Of a stretch of DNA of 64,000 bases, positions 10,135 through 19,999 are shown in pieces. The notes under the pieces were generated by a model. That model was not told where the DNA came from, made no database searches, and worked only from the letters and a program-made list of their open reading frames with translations. Within the stretch, counting starts at the first letter, position 1. Each line of letters starts with the position of its first letter. This DNA comes from Acidobacteriota bacterium (GTDB lineage: Bacteria; Acidobacteriota; Thermoanaerobaculia; Gp7-AA8): assembly GCA_019244185.1 (NCBI GenBank), contig JAFATB010000026.1:156130-220129 (forward strand), read 5' to 3'. A program made the translations under genes and the position numbers.

Positions 10135-12240
10135 ATGCGCGCGAACTCTCGTCTCACATCATTGCTGCTCACGCTCGCGCTGCACGGCACCGTGCTGGTG
10201 CCGGCGCAGGCGCAGGCGATCCGTGCCGACGAGTCCGTGCAGGTCAACCTCGTGGAAGTGCCCGTCACCGTGCTCACGTCCGACGGGCAGCCGGTGCGCG
10301 ATCTCACCAAAGACAACTTCGAGGTCTACGACCAGGGCCACAGGAAAGAGATCACGAACTTCGAGATGATCGACGTCGCGGCGCGTGTACACGAGCCGGC
10401 GCTCGAGCATGCCGAGATCAGCAGCGCGGCCGCGCGCAACTTCCTGATCCTCTTCGACCTCGGCAACTCCGAGCCGGCATCGCTCATCCGCGCGCGCGGC
10501 GCCGCGCACGAGTTCGTGAACCGGCAGGTGGTGCCGCGCGACCGCGTCGCCGTCGCCACCATCGCACCGCAGCAGGGCTTTCGCATCGTCGCGAATTTCT
10601 CCACCGATCGAAAGCTCGCGTCGTCGGCCATCGACGCGCTCGGCCTTCCGCAACTGCAGATGGCGGGCGATCCGCTGCTCATCACGGTCAAAGACCTCGG
10701 CCTCTGGCGCGACAACGCTCCCGCGCCGCCGAGCGATGGACGCCGCGTGAACCCCGAAGCGGAGGCGGAGGCGATCCTCAAGGAGACCGCGCAGCTGTCC
10801 CGCCATCAAGCCGATCAGGCGCAGCGTGAGTACGTGAAGCGGGAGCTCGAAGAGTTCTCCGCGATGGGCGCGGCGCTCGACCGCATTCCCGGCCGCAAGC
10901 AGGTCATCCTGCTCAGCGAAGGCTTCGATCCGAAAGTGCTGCAGGGACACGCGAACGCGCCGTCCGAGGAGACGCGCGCGGAGCAGGATGCCGCGGAGTC
11001 GGGCGAGATCTGGAAGATCGACAACGACGCGCGCTTCGGCAGCAGCTCGAGCCGCGGCGACCTCGGCGCGATGGTCGATGCGCTCCGCCGCTCCGACGTC
11101 GTGCTCAGTGCCATTGATATCAAAGGATTGCGCGGCAACACCGACGCCACGGCCGTGAATCAGGGCAGCGTCACGAAGAGCAACGACGCGCTCTACCTCC
11201 TCACGAACGACACCGGCGGCATCGTCTTCCGCAACACGAACGATCTCGCAGGCAACTTCAGCCAGTGGCTGAAGTCGCAGGAAGTCACGTACGTGCTCGC
11301 GTTCAACGGCGCGACGACGCAGCCCGGCGCGTTCCACAACCTGCGCGTGAAGCTCGTCAACGCGCCGAAAGCGCGCGTGAGCTATCGCCCCGGCTACTAC
11401 GAGCCGCGTCCGGTGACGTCGGACGTCGACCGCATGCTCACCGCGGGCGAGATCATCATGAACGCCATTCCGGTCGCCGACGTCAGCGTGCGCGCGCTGG
11501 CCGCGCCGATTCCGCGCAACGAACGCGCGGAAGTGCCGATCGTGGTCGAGACGGACGGCAACAGTCTGCTCGCGGGCGTCACCGGGCCGGCGGTGTTCGA
11601 AGAGTTCTACGTTTACGCGTTCGACGCCAAGGAGATCATCGCCGACTACGCGCATCAGCGCATGAGTCTCGAGCTCGCGAAAGTGCGCGATCGCGTCGCG
11701 GCCGCGGGCGTGAAGCTCTACGCGACGCTCGACCTGCCACCCGGCGACTACAACGTGCGCGTGCTCGTCGTCGCGAACGGCTCGCGCAACGGCTTCACGA
11801 GCATCCCCGTGCATGTGCCGCGCGCGGACGAGCCGTATGCCGTCGGCGCGATCAACGATCCGCGCCCGTGGGTGATGGTGAAGGCGGCGGACAAGCAGCA
11901 GAACCGCGCGTATCCGTTCGCGCTCGGCGACAAGACGCTCGTCCCCGCGGCGCAGCCGTCGCTCGCGCGCGGCGCCACGTACGACGTCGAAGTCGTGACG
12001 CACGGCCTGAGCGCCGAGGGGTTGCAGGTCGAGGCGCACGTCGAGGATGCGGCGGGCAACGCGTCGCCGGCGACGCTGACGCTCGCCGGACGCACGAATC
12101 CCGACGAACAGGGGAACGTGAAGCTGTTGTTCAGGTTCGCGCCGCAACTGGCGAGCGGCCGGTACTCGCTCACGATCGCGCTGCACGGCGGCGCGAGCGC
12201 CGCGGCCGCGCACGTCCAATTGCCGTTCACCGTTCAGTAG
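10135..12240 (+). CDS. Acidobacterial-type VWA-domain protein (paralog 1)
   Basis: AGGAGG RBS, signal peptide, VNLVEVPVTV..GQPVRDLTKDNFEV, GRKQVILLSEG, TGG..F.NTNDL, VSYRPGYY. Confidence 0.88.
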   Translation: MRANSRLTSLLLTLALHGTVLVPAQAQAIRADESVQVNLVEVPVTVLTSDGQPVRDLTKDNFEVYDQGHRKEITNFEMIDVAARVHEPALEHAEISSAAARNFLILFDLGNSEPASLIRARGAAHEFVNRQVVPRDRVAVATIAPQQGFRIVANFSTDRKLASSAIDALGLPQLQMAGDPLLITVKDLGLWRDNAPAPPSDGRRVNPEAEAEAILKETAQLSRHQADQAQREYVKRELEEFSAMGAALDRIPGRKQVILLSEGFDPKVLQGHANAPSEETRAEQDAAESGEIWKIDNDARFGSSSSRGDLGAMVDALRRSDVVLSAIDIKGLRGNTDATAVNQGSVTKSNDALYLLTNDTGGIVFRNTNDLAGNFSQWLKSQEVTYVLAFNGATTQPGAFHNLRVKLVNAPKARVSYRPGYYEPRPVTSDVDRMLTAGEIIMNAIPVADVSVRALAAPIPRNERAEVPIVVETDGNSLLAGVTGPAVFEEFYVYAFDAKEIIADYAHQRMSLELAKVRDRVAAAGVKLYATLDLPPGDYNVRVLVVANGSRNGFTSIPVHVPRADEPYAVGAINDPRPWVMVKAADKQQNRAYPFALGDKTLVPAAQPSLARGATYDVEVVTHGLSAEGLQVEAHVEDAAGNASPATLTLAGRTNPDEQGNVKLLFRFAPQLASGRYSLTIALHGGASAAAAHVQLPFTVQ

Positions 12241-12249
12241 GAGGAATCG

Positions 12250-14382
12250 ATGCGAATCCAGTCACGCTGTTTCGCAGTCGCGTTGATCGCAGCAGTCGCT
12301 GTTGGAGCGCACGCGCAATCGTCGCATTCGACGGCGTCGGTCGACGTGAACCTCGTGGAAGTGCCGGTCACGGTCACGACCGGTGACGGCCAGCCGGTGC
12401 GCGGCCTCACGAAGCGCAACTTCGAGGTCTACGACCAGGGGCATAAGAAAGAGATCACGAACTTCGAAGTCGTCGACGTCGCCTCCGTCGAGCCGGCGGT
12501 GCAGCAGGCCGGCGGCGCCGCGCGGCCCGCGGCCGGCGCGCGCAACTTCATGCTGCTGTTCGACCTCGGCAACTCGCTGCCGTCATCGCTCGTGCGCGCG
12601 CGCACGGCGGCGCTGAACTTCATTCAGCATCAGCTGCTGCCCGGCGATCGCATCGCCGTCGCGACGATCGCTCCGCTGCAGGGCTTCCGGCTGCAGGCGA
12701 ATTTCTCGACCGACCGCCAGCTCGCCGAGATCGCCATCCAGACGCTCGGCTCCGCGCAGTCGGGACATTCCGGCGATCCTCTGCTCCTGACGCGCGCCGA
12801 CATCGCCGACCTCGCACCGGTCAACGGACGCAACGGCGCGAGCGAGCTGCCGACCAGCCGGACTGGACACAACGTCAAAACGCCCGACGTCGACATGGGC
12901 GCGCTCGCGGAAGAGAGCATCGTCGCGACGTCGCACATGACGCGCACGGCGAGCGATCAGGCGCAGCGGCAGTACGTGCAGCGCCAGTTGCACGACTTCA
13001 CGGCCATGGGCGACGCGCTCGACCGCGTGCAAGGCCGCAAGCAGGTGATCCTGCTCAGCGAAGGCTTCGATCCGAAAGCGCTGCAGGGACACGCGACCGG
13101 GACGGTGAATTCCGAGGAGGCGCAGGCGGAGCAGTCGGCGGCGGAGTCGGGCGAAATCTGGCGGATCGACAATGACGCGCGCTTCGGCAGCAGCTCGTCG
13201 CGCAGCGACCTCGGCGCCATGGTCGACGCGCTGCGGCGCGCTGACGTCGTGCTCAACGCGATCGACATTCGCGGCCTGCGCGGCAACCTCGACGCGACCG
13301 CCGACGCGACGGTCGCTGGCGCGAACAACGACTCGCTCTTCCTGCTCACGAACGACACCGGCGGCGTCGTGTACCGCAACTCGAACGACCTGCAGTCGAA
13401 CTTCGCGCAGCTCCTCAAGTCGCAGGAAGTCACGTACGTGCTCGCGTTCAACGGCGCGACGTCGGAGCCGGGCGCATTTCACAACCTGAAGGTCAAGCTC
13501 GTGAATGCGCCGAAAGCGCGCGTGAACTACCGCGTCGGCTACTACGAGCCGCGTCCCGTGCTGTCGGACATGGACCGCCTGCTCTCCGCGAGCGAGATCC
13601 TCATGAACAGCGTGCCGATGCACGACGTCGACGTGCGCGCGCTGGCGACGGTCATCCCCGGCAGCGGGCCGCGCGCCGAGGTGCCGGTCGTCATCGAGAC
13701 CGACGGCAAGGACCTGCTGTCGAACGCCGGCACGTCGGTCTTCGAAGAGATCTACGTCTACGCCTTCAATCAGGATCAGCTCATCTCCGACTACGCGCAC
13801 CAGCGCATGAGCCTCGATCTCGCGAAAGTGCGCGACCGCATCGCCGCGGCGGGCGTGAAGCTCTACGCGACGCTCGACCTCGCGCCGGGCGACTATGACA
13901 TCCGCGTGCTCGTCGTCGCCGACGGCACGCGCAACGGCTTCACCAGCACGCCGCTGCACGTGCCGCAGCCGAACGAGCCGTACGCGCTGGCCGCGATCAA
14001 CGATCCGCGTCCGTGGCTGATGGTGAAAGCGGCCGACAAGCAGCAGGATCGCCCGTATCCGTTCGCGCTCGGCGAGAAGATGATCGTGCCCGCGGCACGG
14101 CCGTCGCTGTCGCGCGGCGCGCACGAGATCGCGCTGCTCGCGCACGGCTTCGGCGTCGAGCCGCTGCAGGTCGACGCCGTCGTCGAAGACGCGTCGGGGA
14201 ACCACATCCCGGTGACGCTGTCGCTCGTCGGCCGCACCGATCCCGACGCGCAGGGGAACGTCAAGCTGCTTTACTCGTTCGCACCGCAGGTCGCGAACGG
14301 CCAGTACTCACTCGTCGCCACCTTGCGCAGCAGCGCCCATCCCGCGCCGCTGCGCGTCACGATGCCGTTCACGATGGAGTAG
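12250..14382 (+). CDS. Acidobacterial-type VWA-domain protein (paralog 2)
   Basis: AGGAGG RBS; colinear paralog of 10135-12240. Confidence 0.88.
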   Translation: MRIQSRCFAVALIAAVAVGAHAQSSHSTASVDVNLVEVPVTVTTGDGQPVRGLTKRNFEVYDQGHKKEITNFEVVDVASVEPAVQQAGGAARPAAGARNFMLLFDLGNSLPSSLVRARTAALNFIQHQLLPGDRIAVATIAPLQGFRLQANFSTDRQLAEIAIQTLGSAQSGHSGDPLLLTRADIADLAPVNGRNGASELPTSRTGHNVKTPDVDMGALAEESIVATSHMTRTASDQAQRQYVQRQLHDFTAMGDALDRVQGRKQVILLSEGFDPKALQGHATGTVNSEEAQAEQSAAESGEIWRIDNDARFGSSSSRSDLGAMVDALRRADVVLNAIDIRGLRGNLDATADATVAGANNDSLFLLTNDTGGVVYRNSNDLQSNFAQLLKSQEVTYVLAFNGATSEPGAFHNLKVKLVNAPKARVNYRVGYYEPRPVLSDMDRLLSASEILMNSVPMHDVDVRALATVIPGSGPRAEVPVVIETDGKDLLSNAGTSVFEEIYVYAFNQDQLISDYAHQRMSLDLAKVRDRIAAAGVKLYATLDLAPGDYDIRVLVVADGTRNGFTSTPLHVPQPNEPYALAAINDPRPWLMVKAADKQQDRPYPFALGEKMIVPAARPSLSRGAHEIALLAHGFGVEPLQVDAVVEDASGNHIPVTLSLVGRTDPDAQGNVKLLYSFAPQVANGQYSLVATLRSSAHPAPLRVTMPFTME

Positions 14383-14390
14383 GACCGACC

Positions 14391-16472
14391 ATGAGAAAAA
14401 AGATCATCAGTGTCTCCACCGCGCTTCTTCTCACCGCAGTGACGTTGCCCGTGCAGCCGCAGGCAACGCGTTCCGATGCATCGATTCAGGTCAACCTCGT
14501 CGAGCTGCCGGTCACGGTCACGTCGACCAACGGCGATCCGGTGCGCGGCCTCACGAAGGAGAACTTCGAGATCTACGATCAGGGCCGCAAGCAGGACATC
14601 ACGAACTTCGAGATGATCGACTTCGCCGACAGCGCGCAGCAGCAGCCGTCCGCGGCGACGGCCGAAGCCGCGCGCCCCGCGGCGGCGCGCAACTTCCTGT
14701 TGCTCTTCGACCTCGGCAACTCCAGTCCCACCGCGCTCGTGCGCGCGCGCAGCGCGGCGAGCGACTTCGTGAACAAGCAGGTGCTGCCGCACGACCGCGT
14801 CGCCGTGGCCACGATCGCACCGCAGCAGGGCTTTCAGCTGCACGCGAATTTCTCGACCGACCGCAAGCTCGCCACGTCGGCCATCGACACGCTCGGCCTC
14901 CCGCAACTGCAGCAGACCGGCGATCCGCTGCTCGTGACGATGAAGGAGCTCGGCGTCACCGACATCGTCCCCGCCGTGGGCGCCAACCAGAAAGAGGCGG
15001 TTGCGCTCGAAACGCTGCAGGGAATCTCGCTCGCGTCGCGCCGCGCCAATGATGCCGCGCAGCGCGAGTACGTCGACCGGCAGCTGCATGAATTCGCCTC
15101 GATGGGTGCGATGCTCGATCGCGTTCCGGGACGCAAGCAGGTCATTCTGCTCAGCGAAGGGTTCGATCCGAAGGTGCTGCAGGGACACGGCAATGCGCCG
15201 TCCGAGGAAACGCGCGCGGAACAGGACGCCTCCGAGCGCGGCGAGATCTGGAACATCAACAGCGAGGCGCGCTTCGGCAGCAGCTCGTCGCGTTCGAACC
15301 TCGGCGCGATGGTCGATTCACTGCGCCGCTCCGACGTCGTGCTCAACGCGATCGACATCCAGGGACTGCGCGGCGGCACCGACGCGAAGTCGATCGGCAC
15401 GTCGCAGGCGACCAGCAACGACTCGCTCTTCCTGCTCACGAACGACACCGGCGGCACGGTGTTCCGCAACACGAACAATCTCGCCGGCAACTTCTCGCAG
15501 CTGCTCCGCACGCAGGAAGTCACGTATCTGCTCGCGTTCAACGGCGCGAGCACGAAGCCGGGGACGTTTCACAACCTGAAGGTGAAGCTCGTGAACGCGC
15601 CGAAAGCGCGCGTGAACTATCGCGTCGGCTACTACGAGCCGCACCCGATCGCGTCGGACATGGATCGCCTGCTCTCGGCCGGCGAGATCATGATGAACAG
15701 CATCCCGGTGGCGGACGTGAAGATGCACGTGCTCGCGACGCCGATCCCGGCCGCGGACAAGGCGGAAGTCCCCGTCGTCGTCGAGACCGAGGGGTCGAGC
15801 CTGCTCGCGAACGTCACGACGCCGTCGGTGGCGGAGGAGTTCTACGTCTACGCGTTCGACCCGAAAGGCACCATCGTCGACTTCGCGCATCAGCGCATGA
15901 ACCTCGACCTCGCGAAAGTGCGCGACCGCATCGCCGCGAACGGCGTGAAGCTCTTCTCGACGCTCGACCTCCCGCCGGGCGACTACGACCTGCGCGTGCT
16001 CGTCATCGCCGCCGGCACGCGCAACAGCTTCCAGAGCGTGCCGCTGCATGTACCGGCCGCCACGGACGCATACGCGACCGCCGCGATCGCCGACCCGCAG
16101 CCGTGGCTCATGGTGCGCGCCGTCGACAAGAATCCGAATCGCGCGTATCCGTTCGCATTCGGCGAGAAAGTGCTCGTCCCCGCCGCGCGCGCATCGCTCG
16201 CGAACGGCCCGCACGATCTCGCCGTCGTCACGCACGGCTTCGGCGCCGATCCGGTGCGCGTGGACGCCCACGTCGAAGACGCGAACGGCAAGCAGAGCGC
16301 GGCCGCGCTGTCGCTCGTCGGACGGACGAGCGCCGACGAAGCGGGCAACGTGAAGCTGCTCTTCTCGTTCGCGCCGGACCTGCCGCACGGCGACTACGCG
16401 CTGGTGATGACGCTGCACGGCGACGCGCGCCCCGACGAGGCGCACGTGCGGCTGCCGTTCAGCGTGGAGTAG
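14391..16472 (+). CDS. Acidobacterial-type VWA-domain protein (paralog 3)
   Basis: ATG 14391 gives signal peptide MRKKIIS...; colinear paralog. Confidence 0.88.
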   Translation: MRKKIISVSTALLLTAVTLPVQPQATRSDASIQVNLVELPVTVTSTNGDPVRGLTKENFEIYDQGRKQDITNFEMIDFADSAQQQPSAATAEAARPAAARNFLLLFDLGNSSPTALVRARSAASDFVNKQVLPHDRVAVATIAPQQGFQLHANFSTDRKLATSAIDTLGLPQLQQTGDPLLVTMKELGVTDIVPAVGANQKEAVALETLQGISLASRRANDAAQREYVDRQLHEFASMGAMLDRVPGRKQVILLSEGFDPKVLQGHGNAPSEETRAEQDASERGEIWNINSEARFGSSSSRSNLGAMVDSLRRSDVVLNAIDIQGLRGGTDAKSIGTSQATSNDSLFLLTNDTGGTVFRNTNNLAGNFSQLLRTQEVTYLLAFNGASTKPGTFHNLKVKLVNAPKARVNYRVGYYEPHPIASDMDRLLSAGEIMMNSIPVADVKMHVLATPIPAADKAEVPVVVETEGSSLLANVTTPSVAEEFYVYAFDPKGTIVDFAHQRMNLDLAKVRDRIAANGVKLFSTLDLPPGDYDLRVLVIAAGTRNSFQSVPLHVPAATDAYATAAIADPQPWLMVRAVDKNPNRAYPFAFGEKVLVPAARASLANGPHDLAVVTHGFGADPVRVDAHVEDANGKQSAAALSLVGRTSADEAGNVKLLFSFAPDLPHGDYALVMTLHGDARPDEAHVRLPFSVE

Positions 16473-18137
16473 TCAGCGCAGAAATCCGCGCTCGCGCAAC
16501 AGCGACACGATCCGCCGCGCGTTCTCCTCGGGACGCGCGCGGACCGTGTCGAGCGTGAGCTCCGGCGCGAGCGGCGGCTCGTACGGATCGTCGATCCCGG
16601 TAAAGTTCTTGACCAATCCGGCACGCGCCTGCGCGTACATCCCTTTGATGTCGCGCGACTCGCACACGTCGAGCGGCGTGTCGACGAAGATCTCGATGAA
16701 GCGATGCGCGCCGGCCAGCTCGCGCACGCGGTCGCGCGTCGCGCGGTACGGGCTCACCGCCGCGCAGACCGCGACGCCGCCGTGGCGCACCACTTCGCTC
16801 GCCACGTAGCCGATGCGCAGGATGTTCGTGTCGCGATCCTCTTTCGAGAAGCCGAGGCCTTTCGAGAGATGCGTGCGCACGACGTCGCCGTCGAGCACCG
16901 TCGCTTGTCGCCCGTGCTCGAGGAGCAGCGTGACGACGATGTCCGCCGTCGTCGACTTGCCCGCGCCGCTCAGCCCCGTGAACCAGAGGCAGAAGCCTTC
17001 GCGATATCGCGGCGGGTGTGCCTCCGCGAGAATCGCCGCGACCTCGGGACGCGTGAACCATTCCGGCAGCGGCTTGCCGGCGGCAAGGTAGTCCTCGCGC
17101 ACCTGCGTTCCCGACAGCGACAGCGACGGCTTGTCCGACTGCTCCTCGTAGTGGCCGTCGACGTAGACGAGCTGGCGGAACGGCACCATCTTCACGCCGA
17201 TCTCGGCTTCGTATTGGGCGACGAGCTGCTGCGCGTCGTACGGACCGTAGAACGGCCCGGGACTGGCGTGATCGCGGCCGACGATGAAGTGGTTCGCGCC
17301 GAAGTTGCGGCGGATGATCGCGTGCCACAGCGCCTCGCGCGGTCCGGCCATGCGCATCGCCAGCGGCAGCAGCGAGAGCAGCACGCGATCGGGCTCGTAG
17401 TAGTGCTCGACGAGCGCCTTGTACGTGCGGACGCGCGTGTAGTGATCGATGTCGCCCGGCTTCGTGAGCCCGACCACGGGATGCAGCAGCAGCACGCCGT
17501 CGGTCGCTTCAATCGCGCGATGCGTGAGCTCCTCGTGCGCGCGATGCAGCGGATTCCGCGTCTGGAACGCGACGACGTTTTCGCGTCCACGTTCGGCGAG
17601 CAGCGCGCGCACGTCCGCAGGCGTGCGGCGCAGTTCGACGAAGTCGTAATGCGACGGCAGCCGCAACACGCGCAACGGTCCGCTGATCTGCAGCCGTCCC
17701 CAGCGATCCATCTCCGCCACGAGCGGATGTTTGCGATCGGTCGTGCCGAAGACTTTCTGCGCCGTCTCGTCGACGTCCCAGCCGTAGATCTCGTCGACGG
17801 TCATCACCGCGAGCAGTTCCTGCCGCGGGCTGCGCAGCGCGACGTCGTGATGCAGTGCGACCGGCGCGCTCGCGTCGACCGGCAGTGTCACCGGAATCGG
17901 GAACAGCGCGCCGCCGGCGAGACGCATCTCGTCGAGCACGCGTTGAAAGTCGGCCTGGCCGAGGAAGCGATCGAGCGGGGAGAAGGCGCCGGTGGCAAGG
18001 AGCTCGAGGTCGCACGTCGAACGTTCGCTGAGCTGCACCGACGGCAACGTCGCGGCATAACGCGCGAGCTCGGCGGCGGTCTCGGGCGGCTCGAGCAGGT
18101 TCACGAGAGTGCCGCCGTACGGAGAGATCAGTTCCAT
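16473..18137 (-). CDS. sat/cysC: Bifunctional sulfate adenylyltransferase / adenylylsulfate kinase
   Basis: QTRNPLHRAH, GRDHA and APS kinase motifs WFTGLSGAGKST, LDGDVVR, FTGIDDPYEPP. Confidence 0.95.
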   Translation of the reverse strand: MELISPYGGTLVNLLEPPETAAELARYAATLPSVQLSERSTCDLELLATGAFSPLDRFLGQADFQRVLDEMRLAGGALFPIPVTLPVDASAPVALHHDVALRSPRQELLAVMTVDEIYGWDVDETAQKVFGTTDRKHPLVAEMDRWGRLQISGPLRVLRLPSHYDFVELRRTPADVRALLAERGRENVVAFQTRNPLHRAHEELTHRAIEATDGVLLLHPVVGLTKPGDIDHYTRVRTYKALVEHYYEPDRVLLSLLPLAMRMAGPREALWHAIIRRNFGANHFIVGRDHASPGPFYGPYDAQQLVAQYEAEIGVKMVPFRQLVYVDGHYEEQSDKPSLSLSGTQVREDYLAAGKPLPEWFTRPEVAAILAEAHPPRYREGFCLWFTGLSGAGKSTTADIVVTLLLEHGRQATVLDGDVVRTHLSKGLGFSKEDRDTNILRIGYVASEVVRHGGVAVCAAVSPYRATRDRVRELAGAHRFIEIFVDTPLDVCESRDIKGMYAQARAGLVKNFTGIDDPYEPPLAPELTLDTVRARPEENARRIVSLLRERGFLR

Positions 18138-18185
18138 GCGGCGCGCATTCTACGGTCTCGCGGCACCGCTTATACTCGCCCTCGC

Positions 18186-18884
18186 GTGGAATCGGATTTC
18201 GAGCAGCGACTCGGCTACACCTTTCAGCAGCGCGAGCTGCTGCGCCGCGCGCTGACGCACAAGTCGTATTCGCACGAAGCCAAAGACGACGCCGTGCGGC
18301 ACAACGAGACCTTCGAGTTCCTCGGCGACTCCGTGCTCGGCTTCATAGTCGGCGACCTGCTCTTCCATCAGTTCCCGGATCTCGACGAGGGCGCGCTCTC
18401 GAAGATGAAGGCGTTCCTCGTCAGCGCGCCGAGTCTCGCGAAGAAAGCGCGCGGCTACGGGATGGGCGAGGTCATGCTCCTCGGCGTCGGCGAGGAGAAG
18501 ACCGGCGGCCGCAAGAAAGACTCGCTGCTCGCGAATCTCTTCGAGGCGATCGTCGCCGGGATCTACCTCGACGGCGGCATCGAGCCCGCGCGGCAGCTCA
18601 TCGAGCGCTCGTTCCTCGACGACATCCGCTCCATCGACGAACAGGACCTGCTCTTTCAGGACTACAAGACCGCGCTGCAGGAGCTCGCGCAGGGCAACGG
18701 CTTGCAGCTGCCGGAGTACAACGTCGTCGCCGAAGTCGGTCCCGATCACGACAAGACGTTCGTCATCGAAGTGAAGGTCGGCAGCTTGACCGCGCGCGGC
18801 GAAGGCTCGTCGAAGAAAGAAGCGCAGCAGCAGGCGGCGCGGCTCGCGATGCGCGAATACGACGCGCGCCATTCCTCATCGTGA
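18186..18884 (+). CDS. rnc: Ribonuclease III
   Basis: ALTHKS, NETFEFLGDSVLG signature, dsRBD DYKTALQE..GSSKKEAQQQAA; GTG start 18186. Confidence 0.95.
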   Translation: MESDFEQRLGYTFQQRELLRRALTHKSYSHEAKDDAVRHNETFEFLGDSVLGFIVGDLLFHQFPDLDEGALSKMKAFLVSAPSLAKKARGYGMGEVMLLGVGEEKTGGRKKDSLLANLFEAIVAGIYLDGGIEPARQLIERSFLDDIRSIDEQDLLFQDYKTALQELAQGNGLQLPEYNVVAEVGPDHDKTFVIEVKVGSLTARGEGSSKKEAQQQAARLAMREYDARHSSS

Positions 18885-19999
18885 CGAAACGGCTCGCGGT
18901 CGCGCTCGCGGTGATGCTGCTGATGACCAGCGCGCACGCGCAGCGGAACGATCTCGAGCGCATCCGCGGCGAGATCACGCGTCTCCGCCAGCGTCTCGAA
19001 GACGTGCGGCGCGAGGCGGAGTCGGCGGCGCGCGAGCTCGAAGAAGCGGACCTGCAACTCGGCATCCGCACGCGCGAGCTCGAGCTGGCCGCGGCGGCGG
19101 AGGCGCAGCTCGACGCGCAGCAGCACGCCATCGAGACGCAGGTCGCCGAGCTCGTGCCGCGCATTGCGAAACAGAAAGCGGATCTGCGCCAGCGTCTCGT
19201 CGCGCTCTATCGCCTCGGCGGCCTCAGTTACCTGCGCATGCTCCTCGCGCTCGACGACGAGCGCAATCCGATCGAGGCGATGTCCATGCTCAGCTATCTC
19301 GTCTCGCGCGACGCGCGCTCCGTGTCGCGCTTTCAGGCGACCGGCGTGCAGCTCGCGGCGCAGAAGACGGCGCTCGCGGACAAGCAGAAGCGCCTGCACG
19401 AGACGCGCGTCCTCGTCGAGGAGCGGCGGCGCGCGGTGGCCGTCGCGGTGCAGCAGAAAGAGTCGGTGCTCGCGAAACTGCGCAGCGAGGAATCGGGCGC
19501 GCAGCAGCAGCTCGCGGTGCTCGAAGAGAAAGCGCGACGGCTGCAGCGGCTCGTCGACACGCTCGCGCAGCAGAAGCCCGGCATGCCGCCGTCGTTCGAC
19601 ATCCGCAGCGTGCAGGGCGCGCTCGCGTGGCCGGTCGACGGCACCGTCATCGAGCGCTTCGGACGGCAACGTAACCCGAAGTTTTCAACCTACACGATCA
19701 ACAACGGCCTCAAGATTCAGGCGGCGCCCGGCACCGCCGTGCGCGCGGTTTTCCAGGGAACAGTTCTATTTACGCAGTGGTTCAAGGGATACGGAAACTT
19801 GATCATTCTCGATCACGGCAATCGCATCTTTTCGCTCTATGGAAACCTCAAGGCGCCGATGGTTGCGGTGGGCGACCGGATCGCAACCGGCCAGCCGATT
19901 GCAGGAGTGGGCGAGAGTGAAGATGCCGGCGCCGGTTACCTGTACTTCGAAATCCGGCAGGACAATCACCCTCAGGATCCTCAGAAGTGGCTGCGCTGA
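18881..19999 (+). CDS. envC: EnvC-like murein hydrolase activator (coiled coil + degenerate M23)
   Basis: Signal peptide, long coiled coil, WPVDG..FG, GYGNLIILDHG, LYFEIR; Zn ligands absent as in EnvC; GTGA overlap with rnc. Confidence 0.85.
   Translation: MTKRLAVALAVMLLMTSAHAQRNDLERIRGEITRLRQRLEDVRREAESAARELEEADLQLGIRTRELELAAAAEAQLDAQQHAIETQVAELVPRIAKQKADLRQRLVALYRLGGLSYLRMLLALDDERNPIEAMSMLSYLVSRDARSVSRFQATGVQLAAQKTALADKQKRLHETRVLVEERRRAVAVAVQQKESVLAKLRSEESGAQQQLAVLEEKARRLQRLVDTLAQQKPGMPPSFDIRSVQGALAWPVDGTVIERFGRQRNPKFSTYTINNGLKIQAAPGTAVRAVFQGTVLFTQWFKGYGNLIILDHGNRIFSLYGNLKAPMVAVGDRIATGQPIAGVGESEDAGAGYLYFEIRQDNHPQDPQKWLR

Noticed and set aside
1550-16445. Very long antisense ORFs (e.g. 1550-3622, 5645-7885, 7798-10092, 10159-12219; likewise 38867-41164 and 49284-51797)
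   Set aside because: They mirror real genes codon for codon; strong GC3 bias removes antisense stops; no motifs.
16704-18185. Long N-terminal extensions in the ORF track (rnc; also 14013, 21513, 26718, 52597, 59993 starts)
   Set aside because: They overlap neighbouring real genes; downstream starts with RBS, coupling or -10 elements fit better.
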